Origin: a bacterium
GTDB lineage: Bacteria > CLD3 > SB21
Direction of reading: 5' to 3'
DNA length: 64,000 nt
NCBI GenBank assembly: GCA_013360215.1
Contig: JABWCP010000009.1
Coordinates: 1-64,000, forward strand
The position numbers and the translations under genes were made by a program. Below, piece by piece: positions 19,113-28,730 of the stretch; position 1 is the first letter of the stretch; the number at the start of each line of letters is the position of its first letter. The notes under the pieces were generated by a model. The model saw only the letters and a list, made by a program, of their open reading frames with translations, was not told the DNA's origin and searched no databases.

Positions 19113-21097
19113 AAATCCATCGAATACTGCCCTTGTTCACATTGTGGATTGCATTGTGTGACTACGGACACCTCATCGCTCAATCCTATGTATTTAATAA
19201 TGTCAACATCATACCAATGGACAGCATGCATATTTTAAATGATTATACCACTGTTGTTACCGACGGAAAAATTGTTTACATCGGAAAAGATAAGCCCACA
19301 CAAATACCCCAAAAAGCTCATCATATAAATGGCAAGGGAAAATATCTCATACCGGGATTGATTGACAGCTACGCTCATATTCATGAAAAAAACCTGACTC
19401 TGTTTTTAGCTAATGGAATTACGACCGTTCGCAACGCACCCGGAGCGGCGTTTCAGCATGCACTTAAAAAATTATCCGACGGGCGGAAACTTGTTGGCCC
19501 GAGGATATATAGTGTGGGGCCTGCAATGACCGGATCCATCACGGCTTATCACACGCAAGGCGCACTTGCCAATGCCGACGAAGCAAGATTCGCGGTAAGA
19601 GAAACCAAACGTATGGGGTACGATGCCGTTTTTTCGTACGTAACGATTTCAGCGGAAGTTTATAAAGCCATGCTGGATGAAGCGCAAAAGCTTGGGTTAC
19701 CGGTTCAAGGTCATGTACCATATATGGTTCCGTATAAGGAATATACCGAAGGTTCTCAAACTTCGTTTGATAATCTTGTCGGCTTGATGAATCTGCAAAC
19801 CGGTGCAACTTACCCGGCAGAACGTCTATCACAATTTGCCGAAGATTATAAGCGTACTGGGAAATTCGTAATACCCACGCTTACCATTCACAAAGCGCGT
19901 GCTTCCTCAGGAAAAACAGACAGTCTGAAACGACAACTGGCTATGAACTATGTAATGCCGCGACAAAAAGAGTACTGGCATTTGAGTTCACATCAATATG
20001 TTTATTCCGGAGCAGCGGAGATAGTAAAGATATTCCATCAAAAGGGCGTACAACTTCTTTTAGGATCAGACGGCGGTTTTCATTTCGTCGTACATGGTTT
20101 TTCCTATATGGATGAAATTCGGAATTTTGCCGAATTGGGAATACCTAATTATGAGATACTCCGTGCGGGAACGATCAACGCGGCGCGTTATCTGGGCTGG
20201 GAACAACGTATTGGGACAATAGAAGCGGGAAAAGAAGCCGACCTTATTTTACTTAATGGCAATCCTCTGGAGGATATCGGTAGCATTGCCGATCACAATG
20301 GCGTTATGATTCGCGGAGTTTGGTATTCCCGAGAAAAGCTTGATGAAATGTTAAACTTATTAAGTAAAGAGTGCGCGGACATGCCGACAACGCAACGTAT
20401 GAAAAATTTTCCAAAGCCTGCGAATTCATATAAACTCCAGGCACAGTATGAAATTTATTACAAATCCGTCCGTTGTGGCGATGAACAGATATTTATTTCT
20501 CAAAAAAACCAAACCTCCAAGATACTGAGTTACAACAGTATCGACCCTTTGTGCCAACGCAATACCATCACGGAATGGACATTTAAAGATCAAAATATTC
20601 AAGAAACCAAAGTATCGCGCACTTCTATTGAAGGAATCACGGAAGTTAGCATGCGCCGCAACAAAACACATTCAACCGTCCAAGGGGAACATCCGATTTA
20701 CGGTCCGTTTAATTTCAATGACAGTACCGATACGCGTATAACCGGCGGACCTAATACGTCGATCAATCTTGATGTAGACGGCGTCGGTAATTACTATGTA
20801 ATGTTCAAGTTTTTAAAGCCATTGGATATTGGTCAATCCGACAGTGTTACTTCCAAAAAAATCGAACTGAATCCTGAAGAATGGGGCAGCCGATCTGTCA
20901 TTGGTAATTCTTGGTACAAAGTCACACGGGTGTCGGGGAACGATACTGATGCGAATTATAAAAAATATGAAATTATCCAACCCGGATTTAACGGTTCTCC
21001 GGATTTTTCTTTCAAAGCCACTGTTACTGTCAATAATGAGGGCTTGATTGATCAGGTCACATTCAACGAAAATGTATTCATAAAGCGGGTGCAATGA
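19109..21097 (+). CDS. Secreted amidohydrolase-superfamily protein with unknown C-terminal domain (paralog 2)
   Basis: Colinear with 10710-12701 over the full length; GLIDSYAHIHE, GSDGG, IGTIEAGKEADLILL..NPL. Confidence 0.85.
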   Translation: MKIHRILPLFTLWIALCDYGHLIAQSYVFNNVNIIPMDSMHILNDYTTVVTDGKIVYIGKDKPTQIPQKAHHINGKGKYLIPGLIDSYAHIHEKNLTLFLANGITTVRNAPGAAFQHALKKLSDGRKLVGPRIYSVGPAMTGSITAYHTQGALANADEARFAVRETKRMGYDAVFSYVTISAEVYKAMLDEAQKLGLPVQGHVPYMVPYKEYTEGSQTSFDNLVGLMNLQTGATYPAERLSQFAEDYKRTGKFVIPTLTIHKARASSGKTDSLKRQLAMNYVMPRQKEYWHLSSHQYVYSGAAEIVKIFHQKGVQLLLGSDGGFHFVVHGFSYMDEIRNFAELGIPNYEILRAGTINAARYLGWEQRIGTIEAGKEADLILLNGNPLEDIGSIADHNGVMIRGVWYSREKLDEMLNLLSKECADMPTTQRMKNFPKPANSYKLQAQYEIYYKSVRCGDEQIFISQKNQTSKILSYNSIDPLCQRNTITEWTFKDQNIQETKVSRTSIEGITEVSMRRNKTHSTVQGEHPIYGPFNFNDSTDTRITGGPNTSINLDVDGVGNYYVMFKFLKPLDIGQSDSVTSKKIELNPEEWGSRSVIGNSWYKVTRVSGNDTDANYKKYEIIQPGFNGSPDFSFKATVTVNNEGLIDQVTFNENVFIKRVQ

Positions 21098-21117
21098 CCT
21101 ACAAAGGATAGAATTGT

Positions 21118-21846
21118 ATGAAAATAACATTAACACCCAAAAACACTACAGCATTAGTTTTTCTATCTTTCATCATGCAGGAAACCCACGAACTTGCGCA
21201 CACTGTAGTAGGAAGAATGATTTGCGGTTGCTGGGGAAAACGAAATTTTAATGTTTGGACTTTATGTAAAGGGTGTTCCGATGAAAAACCATGGTACATT
21301 CTCGCCACATATGCCGGCCCTGCATATAGTTTTACGGTAATATGGCTGGGTCTTTATCTTCTACTGAAATCTTCTGCAAAGGTTAAATCAATTGGCTTTG
21401 CTTTGATAGTATCCAGCATGCCGTTTTCAAGAGTTTTGACTCCGATAATCGGCGGCGGAGATGAAGTTTACGCTCTTAATTCTTATTGGAACAATCACAC
21501 ATTGGCGTGGATTGTAGCCGTTGTAATTGTATTGACACTTGCCATACCGCCAGTTGTTAAAATATGGACTATCATAGAGAACCGACGAAAAAATCTTTGG
21601 ATAGTCGGAATTATCTTTGGGCCGTTTATTGCGACAGGTGTGTTTGTTTTTGGAATCCTTCAAACTTTACTATTGGGCAACGGTATTCTCAAAACGTATT
21701 GGATATTGGGTTCACCGATGCTCATTACACTATGGTTTATACTTTGTTTGATTGTATGTGCCATTTTGGGAAACTCGCTGACTACGCTGTTACAGCCCAG
21801 TGAAACCAATGCGGAGCGAACACGAAATGTGAATTTGATCCACTGA
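21118..21846 (+). CDS. Membrane protein with HExxH motif (M50-like)
   Basis: ETHELAH near the first helix, AGP motif, GGGDE, several TM segments. Confidence 0.6.
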   Translation: MKITLTPKNTTALVFLSFIMQETHELAHTVVGRMICGCWGKRNFNVWTLCKGCSDEKPWYILATYAGPAYSFTVIWLGLYLLLKSSAKVKSIGFALIVSSMPFSRVLTPIIGGGDEVYALNSYWNNHTLAWIVAVVIVLTLAIPPVVKIWTIIENRRKNLWIVGIIFGPFIATGVFVFGILQTLLLGNGILKTYWILGSPMLITLWFILCLIVCAILGNSLTTLLQPSETNAERTRNVNLIH

Positions 21847-21964
21847 GCATACTTCGGTTTTATTGAGTATTGATGCGAAATAATCCATAGCGCAGACGAA
21901 TGTATGAATATATCATACGTATCTGAGCGTTACGCAAAACACATCACAAGTCACGTTATAATAC

Positions 21965-21997
21965 AAAAAGCCCTGCTCTTATCAAAAGCAGGGCTTT
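21965..21997. terminator. Bidirectional intrinsic terminator
   Basis: AAAGCCCTGCT (21967-21977) / AGCAGGGCTTT (21987-21997) between convergent genes. Confidence 0.85.
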
Positions 21998-22002
21998 ATT
22001 AT

Positions 22003-23085
22003 TTACCGATCTGAACGATTGTTTTTTTTATGCTGGGCGTGAATTTTTTTCCACCGCATTTTTTCCAATCGTGCGGCCGAATTATCTTGCCGCAATTCCA
22101 AGTACCGAATCTCTCTTCGCAGTTTCAGATAGCTTTTGTATCGCGCCGCATCCAGCGATCCATCGGCTAATGCCGCTTGTACGGCACAATCTGGTTCTGA
22201 CTCGTGTCGGCAATCCCGAAAGCGGCATGCCGCCGCAAGCATCTCGATATCTTCGAACGTTCCTGAAAGACTGCTTTCATCCGTCCATAATTGCAATTCG
22301 CGCATACCCGGCGTATCCATCAGCAAACCGCCGCCCGGTAAAACAAATAATTCACGATGCGTCGTCGTGTGTCTTCCGCGATCCATATCTTTGCGTGTAG
22401 TGCGTGTTGATTGGACATCATCATCCAGCAACGCATTGATGATCGTTGATTTACCGACGCCGGAGGATCCGAGCAGGCAACCGGTTTTACCTTGTCCAAG
22501 GTAAAAATTCATCAACTCGATGCCTTGTTTGTGCATCGCGCTCATCGTTATGATGGGCACGGACGGTGCAATAGCCCGCACTTCGGATAACCGAGCATCC
22601 GATTCCGCACAAAGATCGACTTTGTTGAGTACGATCACCGGTTCCGCACCGCTATGCTGCGCAGTAAGCAAATACCGTTCAAGTCGGCGCAGATTAAAAT
22701 CCTGATCCAGACCGCTTACCAGAAAAGCTATGTCAATATTCGCCGCGATCACCTGTTCGCGCGTGACCTCTTCGGTGACTTTACGCGAAAACTTGGTTCG
22801 GCGCGGGAGAACATGATGTATCACGGCAAAACGTTCGGCCAAACGTAACTGGATCACGACCCAATCACCGACGACAGGTCGCAATGTGGAATCAATCTCC
22901 GCCGATTTGCGAAGATTGCCCGACATTTCTGCCGAAATAACACCGGCTTCCGTCCATAATTCGTAAACCCGCGTCTGCTGAACGGCGATACGCCCTACCT
23001 GAAATTCACCGGCGTAAGGTTTGAATGCTGTATCAAAAAAGGGTTGCCACCCTAAATGATCTAACGTCATTTGATTTTGCTCCAT
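22003..23085 (-). CDS. rsgA: Ribosome small subunit-dependent GTPase A (long form, LGW N-terminus)
   Basis: PVVGDWV, NKVD, GSSGVGKST, GRHTTT, DTPGMRE, CRFRDCRHESEPDC; start 23085 or 23070 (the latter has GGAG 9 nt upstream). Confidence 0.95.
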   Translation of the reverse strand: MEQNQMTLDHLGWQPFFDTAFKPYAGEFQVGRIAVQQTRVYELWTEAGVISAEMSGNLRKSAEIDSTLRPVVGDWVVIQLRLAERFAVIHHVLPRRTKFSRKVTEEVTREQVIAANIDIAFLVSGLDQDFNLRRLERYLLTAQHSGAEPVIVLNKVDLCAESDARLSEVRAIAPSVPIITMSAMHKQGIELMNFYLGQGKTGCLLGSSGVGKSTIINALLDDDVQSTRTTRKDMDRGRHTTTHRELFVLPGGGLLMDTPGMRELQLWTDESSLSGTFEDIEMLAAACRFRDCRHESEPDCAVQAALADGSLDAARYKSYLKLRREIRYLELRQDNSAARLEKMRWKKIHAQHKKNNRSDR

Positions 23086-23153
23086 TGTTTTAGCAACGGA
23101 GTACAAAGCTCCGTTACGTAGTTAATAAGTTTTCGTGAAACTTGAAAACAATG
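23083..23153 (-). promoter_or_regulatory. Putative translational attenuator of rsgA
   Basis: 9-bp inverted repeat 23083-23091 / 23145-23153 and nested 7-bp hairpin 23095-23101 / 23109-23115. Confidence 0.5.
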
Positions 23154-23164
23154 ACGGCAATCAT
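23114..23164 (-). CDS. Putative 16-aa leader peptide MIAVIVFKFHENLLTT upstream of rsgA
   Basis: AAAGGAGAG SD at 23176-23168, ATG 23164, TAA 23116-23114; below the ORF-track size cut-off. Confidence 0.6.
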   Translation of the reverse strand: MIAVIVFKFHENLLTT

Positions 23165-23207
23165 AGACTCTCCTTTGTGTAAAAAGTGATATAAATAATT
23201 AACAATT

Positions 23208-24191
23208 TTATTGAAAAACAGCCAACCCGCGATAAAAACCAACCCACAAACGGCCTCGACGATCGGCAAACATAGCCGTTACTTGATCATCAGGAAGTTC
23301 GCTATTCGTAGTATTATATACCGTCCACGTTTCACTTTTTAAAAAACCAACGCCACCGGCATACGTACCTACCCACAAACCATACTTATCCACAACAATG
23401 GTCGTTACATCATTTTGCGGAAGATCAGTATCTTTGCTGTTATAATTTTTCCATCCCGAAGTCGTATAACGATTGATGCCTCCGCCTTCACCGACCCATA
23501 ACGTTTTACCGGTATGAAGCAGTGTAAAAATATAAGCCGTCTGAAGCGACGAATTATTTTTAGTAAATATCGTCCATTGATTTTCTTTGAAACGCGCAAG
23601 ATTGAAACCCCATGTACCGGCCCAAATACTATTATCATCGCCCACACCTACGGATGTCAGAGCATTTGCAGGTAATCCGGAGTTATTTGTATTGAACGTT
23701 GTAAAATTATGGTTATCAAATTTTACCAATCCACCATTGGTAGCCAACCAAAAAACACCATCCGATGATTGAGCGATAGCCTGAACGCCATTCGATGGAA
23801 TTTGCGAATTGGATGTCGTATAACGGCGCACAACGATCGTATCGACCAATAGCAAACCGCCACCGCCTGTTCCCATCCAAATACGACCGCTATCCGCCGG
23901 GAAAAAACATCCGACCGCGTTAGCCGGGAAACCCTGTGTACCATACGTTATAGACAAGGTGTCACCATCGTTTTTACTAATGCGGAGTATTTTTTCCTGC
24001 GCAGATACCCAATAATAATCACGGGATTCTCCGATAGCATAAACATATATCCGCTTATCCGCCACGTACCAGATACGGTGATCGGTATCCGAATTATCAC
24101 AACTTATGACAGCTGATAAAAAACAAATCAATCCTGCGGCATAAATTGTGCCTCGAATTCCGGCAACGCTTTTACTATGATATTTTTGCAT
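23208..24191 (-). CDS. Two-component-regulator-type beta-propeller (Reg_prop) lipoprotein
   Basis: Repeats WxGTxGG and NSxLPxNxV; lipobox-like VISC; start overlaps upstream gene by 64 nt so it is uncertain. Confidence 0.8.
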   Translation of the reverse strand: MQKYHSKSVAGIRGTIYAAGLICFLSAVISCDNSDTDHRIWYVADKRIYVYAIGESRDYYWVSAQEKILRISKNDGDTLSITYGTQGFPANAVGCFFPADSGRIWMGTGGGGLLLVDTIVVRRYTTSNSQIPSNGVQAIAQSSDGVFWLATNGGLVKFDNHNFTTFNTNNSGLPANALTSVGVGDDNSIWAGTWGFNLARFKENQWTIFTKNNSSLQTAYIFTLLHTGKTLWVGEGGGINRYTTSGWKNYNSKDTDLPQNDVTTIVVDKYGLWVGTYAGGVGFLKSETWTVYNTTNSELPDDQVTAMFADRRGRLWVGFYRGLAVFQ

Positions 24192-24802
24192 GTTTCTAAG
24201 ATCGCTATCAAATCTGCAATTTCGTGCTCCGCAAAATTGTCTTGTCGTGTACGCCGAAGCATGCGGTTGATCGGCTCGTGCATTTTTTCCATTTGATCGT
24301 ATTCGTATAAGAACTTAAAACGCATAAACCGGTCAAAAATTTCTGTAAATTCAGATGTCGAATTACCAAAATAACGATCCACATCCGTTTGTATTGTCGG
24401 TACCGTGATACGTTCCAGATTGCGATAATAGCGCGATGCAAGCGAAGTATCGTTTGACGACAAAACATGATCCAGTAATATTTCTACGACAATATGCGCC
24501 AGAAAAAACGGCCTGATATTTTTCTGGGGTGAAATATTCTCTTTGAGCAACTCGCGGATAGGTTCGTAACACGAAACAAAAAAACTTGAACCGTGAAAAG
24601 CCGCATCGGCCTCAAAGTGATTGAGCACGCCATGCCACATGCCAGGGCAATCGGCATGAGGAATATAAGCACGAACCGCATTTTCCTGAAAACGCAAAGT
24701 ACGGTTGATCGCACTCATCAGGTCCGGCAATGCCGCGCCAAGATGAAATTCAGGGGATACTTGTTTTCTTTGATTTATCGCAAAATGTGAAAGATAATTC
24801 AT
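24128..24802 (-). CDS. ACP phosphodiesterase (AcpH)-like / zinc phospholipase-C-like protein
   Basis: MNYLSH, LG..LPDL, HFEADAAFH, HIVVEILLDH. Confidence 0.65.
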   Translation of the reverse strand: MNYLSHFAINQRKQVSPEFHLGAALPDLMSAINRTLRFQENAVRAYIPHADCPGMWHGVLNHFEADAAFHGSSFFVSCYEPIRELLKENISPQKNIRPFFLAHIVVEILLDHVLSSNDTSLASRYYRNLERITVPTIQTDVDRYFGNSTSEFTEIFDRFMRFKFLYEYDQMEKMHEPINRMLRRTRQDNFAEHEIADLIAILETCKNIIVKALPEFEAQFMPQD

Positions 24803-24813
24803 TCATTAACGCT

Positions 24814-25533
24814 TTATTTATCGTCCGTCGCATTACCGTCCGCCGGATTTTCACCGCGGGTATGGACCGCATTTTTTTTAGCACTAAATCCTCCGGCTAA
24901 GGTCATGACGCACATATAACGATATTGTTTATGCGTACCACAGGCGACGCCGACTTTACGAAATTCAGGATTAAAAATATTTTCTCTGTGGCCGCGACTC
25001 GGTACGCCGTCATCTACGAGTAGCGATATGACAATACGCCGGGCGTCATTGGAACCATAATCAATATTTTCACCGGCCGTACGTTCCCATTGTCCGTAGC
25101 GCTCGATGCGATCAAAGGGCGAACTTCCGTCATCGCCGGTATGCCCGGTTTTACCGGAACGGCTCTGTTCTTTCATATGATCGCGAGCAGCTTTGGACAT
25201 ACCCTCCGACGGCCCCAACGTATCTATGGGCTGCGCGTTTTCAAGAAATTGTATACATTCATCTACTGCTTCAACGCCTTCATTGGTCATGAGCGTCGCT
25301 TCGCCGGGATAATACACCATATTTCCGTCATATAATTTCTTGAGCGCTTTAAGATGAGTGGCATATCCTTGGGGATCACGACGAACACGGTTAAGCTCGC
25401 GCACCACTTCCTTTTCAAGATCCGTAAGATACCACATCGAAGGTTTGGCCGGTGTTTGTGCATGCACAGGAGATAATGCGAAATAAAGAAAAAAAACTCC
25501 TATTGCTGCAGCGAAATAACCTCTGTTATACAT
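24814..25533 (-). CDS. Secreted CAP (SCP-like) domain protein
   Basis: NRVR, AARDH, GHTGDDGS, GENIDYG, LLVDDGVPSRGHRENI; AAAGGAG SD before ATG 25533. Confidence 0.9.
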   Translation of the reverse strand: MYNRGYFAAAIGVFFLYFALSPVHAQTPAKPSMWYLTDLEKEVVRELNRVRRDPQGYATHLKALKKLYDGNMVYYPGEATLMTNEGVEAVDECIQFLENAQPIDTLGPSEGMSKAARDHMKEQSRSGKTGHTGDDGSSPFDRIERYGQWERTAGENIDYGSNDARRIVISLLVDDGVPSRGHRENIFNPEFRKVGVACGTHKQYRYMCVMTLAGGFSAKKNAVHTRGENPADGNATDDK

Positions 25534-25651
25534 GTCGGAAACTCCTTTTATTTTTTTGCAATATCGCAAGCCCCTCGGTGAATAGCAAACGTTACCTATG
25601 TATGTTTACATTTGTTTTTGAAATTAAATATTAAACTCTCTACACTCTGGC

Positions 25652-27913
25652 ATGCTCAAAATTTTGAAAAGAAATCCGGATTTGATTTTTATCGTATTGG
25701 CAGTTGTCGGAACATTTTTTTATCCGATTTCCGGTGATGATTTACATTTTAAGGATGAAGCCTCCTTGCGTATCTATGATCGCAACGGACTTTTACTTCG
25801 TGAAGTATTATCCCGTGAAGGGGGACGCGGTCAATGGGTTTCACTGGATCAGATAGATGCGCGAATAATCAAAGCGGCTATCGCGGCGGAAGATAAACGT
25901 TTTTTTTCGCATCACGGTATGGATTTATTGGCCCTGGGCCGTGCTATCGGACAAAATATCATGGCGATGTCGGTCGTCAGCGGCGGATCAACCATTTCCC
26001 AGCAAGTCATCCGAAATATCTATCATTTCCCGCGCAACCCGTTTTACAAACTGGCCGAATTGTGGTATGCGATTCGCCTGGAATACACATTATCAAAAAA
26101 TGAAATTCTCGCGCAATATCTCAATCGTATCCCGTTCGGTAATCAGACTTTTGGCGTGGAAGCCGCATCCCGGCTCTATCTCGGCAAATCGTCACAAACA
26201 GTAACATGGTCAGAGGCGGCCTTTCTCATGGCTTTGCCCAAATCGCCCACACGCTATAATCCCTATCGCAATGATACGGCCGCTAAAAACAGGCGAATAG
26301 CCGTTTTACAGCGCCTTCTTGTTATGCAGGCCATTCCCAACGATGACTACGAACGGGCCGTAAGCGAGCCGATACTACTTCATACGCAATCTCATAATTT
26401 TTTTGCACCGCACTTTACGGATTATCTGTTACAGCACCATGTCCATCTTAGCACCGCGTGGCACACCACGCTGGATTTACCCTTGCAACAATCCGCTGAA
26501 CGCATACTTCGCGAACATATCACCTATCTGCAACCGGAAAATGTCACCAATGCGGCGGCCATCATTTTAGATAATCGTACGGGCGCTCTACGCGTCATGG
26601 CCGGTTCGTATGATTATTTTGATGCGCAACACGACGGTCAATTTAATGCGGCGCTCGCACGGCGGCAACCCGGCTCGGCTTTGAAGCCTTTTACATACGC
26701 AATAGCTTTTGAGGGCAACTACACGGCGGCCAGCATTTTAGCCGACGTACAAGCATCGTTTTCAACGGCGAACGGCACATTTACACCCATGAACTACGAC
26801 CGACGTTACCATGGGCCGGTGCGGGCGCGTATTGCATTGGCTTGCTCATACAATATTCCTGCCGTACGTGTTTTGCAGGATGTGGGAGTACCCGTCTTAT
26901 TATCAAAGTTGCATGAATGCGGAATACAAAGCCTCGATCAATCGCCTGCATATTACGGACACGGATTGACCTTGGGTAATGGTGAAGTCACGTTATTGGA
27001 ATTAACACGCGCATTTTCTGTTTTGGCCAATCAGGGCGCGCTTATCCAAACACAAGTTTTTTCTGACTCCGTGACCCGCGTTGAACGCGAGCGTATTTTT
27101 ACGCCGGAAAGTATTTTTCTCGTATCGGATATTTTATCCGATCCGATCGCGCGCATTCCGGCCTTCGGTTATGATTCGCCGCTTTCATTCCCATATCCGG
27201 TGGCCGCCAAAACAGGAACATCCAGCGATTTCAGAGATAATTGGACAATTGGGTATACCCGTGATTATACCGTCGGTGTGTGGGTGGGTAATTTTGACAA
27301 TACACCGATGGACCGCATTTCCGGTATTACCGGTGCGGGTAAAATTTTTCATGCTCTCATGGATGCTTTATATCCTTCGACAGCACCGCACGGTTTTGTT
27401 ACTCCGCATACTCTCCATAAAACCCCGATCTGTGCCCTATCCGGACAACGTGCGCATCCCGGCTGCGGTGCGGTGATTGATGAATATTTTATGAAAACTT
27501 CATCGGTGCTGACCACTTGCACTTGGCACGATCAACGCGGTATAATCCGTTTTGAAACGATACCACAGGAATACCGCGCGTGGTTTAGCAGCGCCGGAAA
27601 CCACACCTCGATACATGCATCGGCTCCCGACAATATTTCGAATACCATACAAATCATACAGCCATCGAATAACACCGTTTATAAAATAGATCCCAATTTG
27701 CGTTTGTCGCACCAAAGTATAACTTTCAGGGTCATCGGGCCCAATCAAACAAAGCGCATTCGCTGGTATATCAACGGGACTTTGTATCGTGAAACGAATG
27801 ATACATTTGAAATAGTATGGCCTATTAAACCGGGGAAACATACATTGAGAGCACAAGCCGAACATGCCCTTCAAACCAGCGAATCTACCGTACACTTTGA
27901 AGTGCTCCCGTAA
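25652..27913 (+). CDS. pbpC: Penicillin-binding protein 1C
   Basis: EDKRF..H.G.D, GGSTISQQ transglycosylase motifs; SALK, SYN, KTG transpeptidase motifs; C-terminal Cys-rich and Ig-like domain. Confidence 0.88.
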   Translation: MLKILKRNPDLIFIVLAVVGTFFYPISGDDLHFKDEASLRIYDRNGLLLREVLSREGGRGQWVSLDQIDARIIKAAIAAEDKRFFSHHGMDLLALGRAIGQNIMAMSVVSGGSTISQQVIRNIYHFPRNPFYKLAELWYAIRLEYTLSKNEILAQYLNRIPFGNQTFGVEAASRLYLGKSSQTVTWSEAAFLMALPKSPTRYNPYRNDTAAKNRRIAVLQRLLVMQAIPNDDYERAVSEPILLHTQSHNFFAPHFTDYLLQHHVHLSTAWHTTLDLPLQQSAERILREHITYLQPENVTNAAAIILDNRTGALRVMAGSYDYFDAQHDGQFNAALARRQPGSALKPFTYAIAFEGNYTAASILADVQASFSTANGTFTPMNYDRRYHGPVRARIALACSYNIPAVRVLQDVGVPVLLSKLHECGIQSLDQSPAYYGHGLTLGNGEVTLLELTRAFSVLANQGALIQTQVFSDSVTRVERERIFTPESIFLVSDILSDPIARIPAFGYDSPLSFPYPVAAKTGTSSDFRDNWTIGYTRDYTVGVWVGNFDNTPMDRISGITGAGKIFHALMDALYPSTAPHGFVTPHTLHKTPICALSGQRAHPGCGAVIDEYFMKTSSVLTTCTWHDQRGIIRFETIPQEYRAWFSSAGNHTSIHASAPDNISNTIQIIQPSNNTVYKIDPNLRLSHQSITFRVIGPNQTKRIRWYINGTLYRETNDTFEIVWPIKPGKHTLRAQAEHALQTSESTVHFEVLP

Positions 27914-27980
27914 TACAAGTATTTACGATTCGATAACATTGGCCTTATAAATTCAAAACAACTTCGTAGTAAACTACGCT

Positions 27981-28715
27981 ATGCCAAAATTACTTTTTAT
28001 CGTGTTCACATTCTTAATGATACCGGTTTCTGCTGTAGAGGAAGCGGATCGCGCATTTTATGCGATGGATTACGCGCTGGCCATCCGTATGTATGAAGCG
28101 CATCTGAATCAAAAAAATGACAGTGAAGCGTATTGGAAGTTGGCCCGCGCGTATCTGTGTTCCGGTGATATCAGCGCCGGAGCGGAACGTGAGATGTTTT
28201 ATCGTAAAGCGCTGACCGCTGTGGAATCCTCTATACAACTTGATCGTACTAATTCACATGCGTATGCGTGGTTTGCCGCATGCCTCGGTAGCGTGGCAAT
28301 TTTTGAAGGCAGTGAATCTAAAATCAAAGCTTGTTACGGCATCAAAGCGGCTTTGGATACGGCACTCATGCTTGATCCGTCCAATGACGTCGCGTGGTCT
28401 GTTTTAGGTTCGTATTATAAAGCGTTAGGCGGAATCAATTGGTTTGAACGTCAATTGGCCAATTTGTTTCTCGGCGGATTACCGGAAGGCGGATACGAAG
28501 ACGCGGAAAAAGCGTTACTCACGGCCGTTTCCTTAGCGCCGGATGTACTGCGCCACCGATTTGAACTCGGTGTTCTATATTACGATTGGGATAAAAAAGA
28601 TAAAACGCTGGAATGTTTTGAATACGCCATGACGCTCAAACCGGCTATGGCCAGCGATAAGCGCCGCATTTCCAAAATGAAAGAATTTACGGAAAAGCGT
28701 AATCTGCCGCGTTGA
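27981..28715 (+). CDS. Exported tetratricopeptide-repeat protein
   Basis: Signal peptide; helical repeats EAYWKLARAY, ALMLDP, AVSLAP..RFELG. Confidence 0.75.
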   Translation: MPKLLFIVFTFLMIPVSAVEEADRAFYAMDYALAIRMYEAHLNQKNDSEAYWKLARAYLCSGDISAGAEREMFYRKALTAVESSIQLDRTNSHAYAWFAACLGSVAIFEGSESKIKACYGIKAALDTALMLDPSNDVAWSVLGSYYKALGGINWFERQLANLFLGGLPEGGYEDAEKALLTAVSLAPDVLRHRFELGVLYYDWDKKDKTLECFEYAMTLKPAMASDKRRISKMKEFTEKRNLPR

Positions 28716-28730
28716 TCGGAATACGTCCAT

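Noticed and set aside
21890-21929. Small hairpin GTATGA-ATATA-TCATAC with weak outer stem
   Set aside because: Short and AT-rich, could be chance; the real terminator is at 21965-21997
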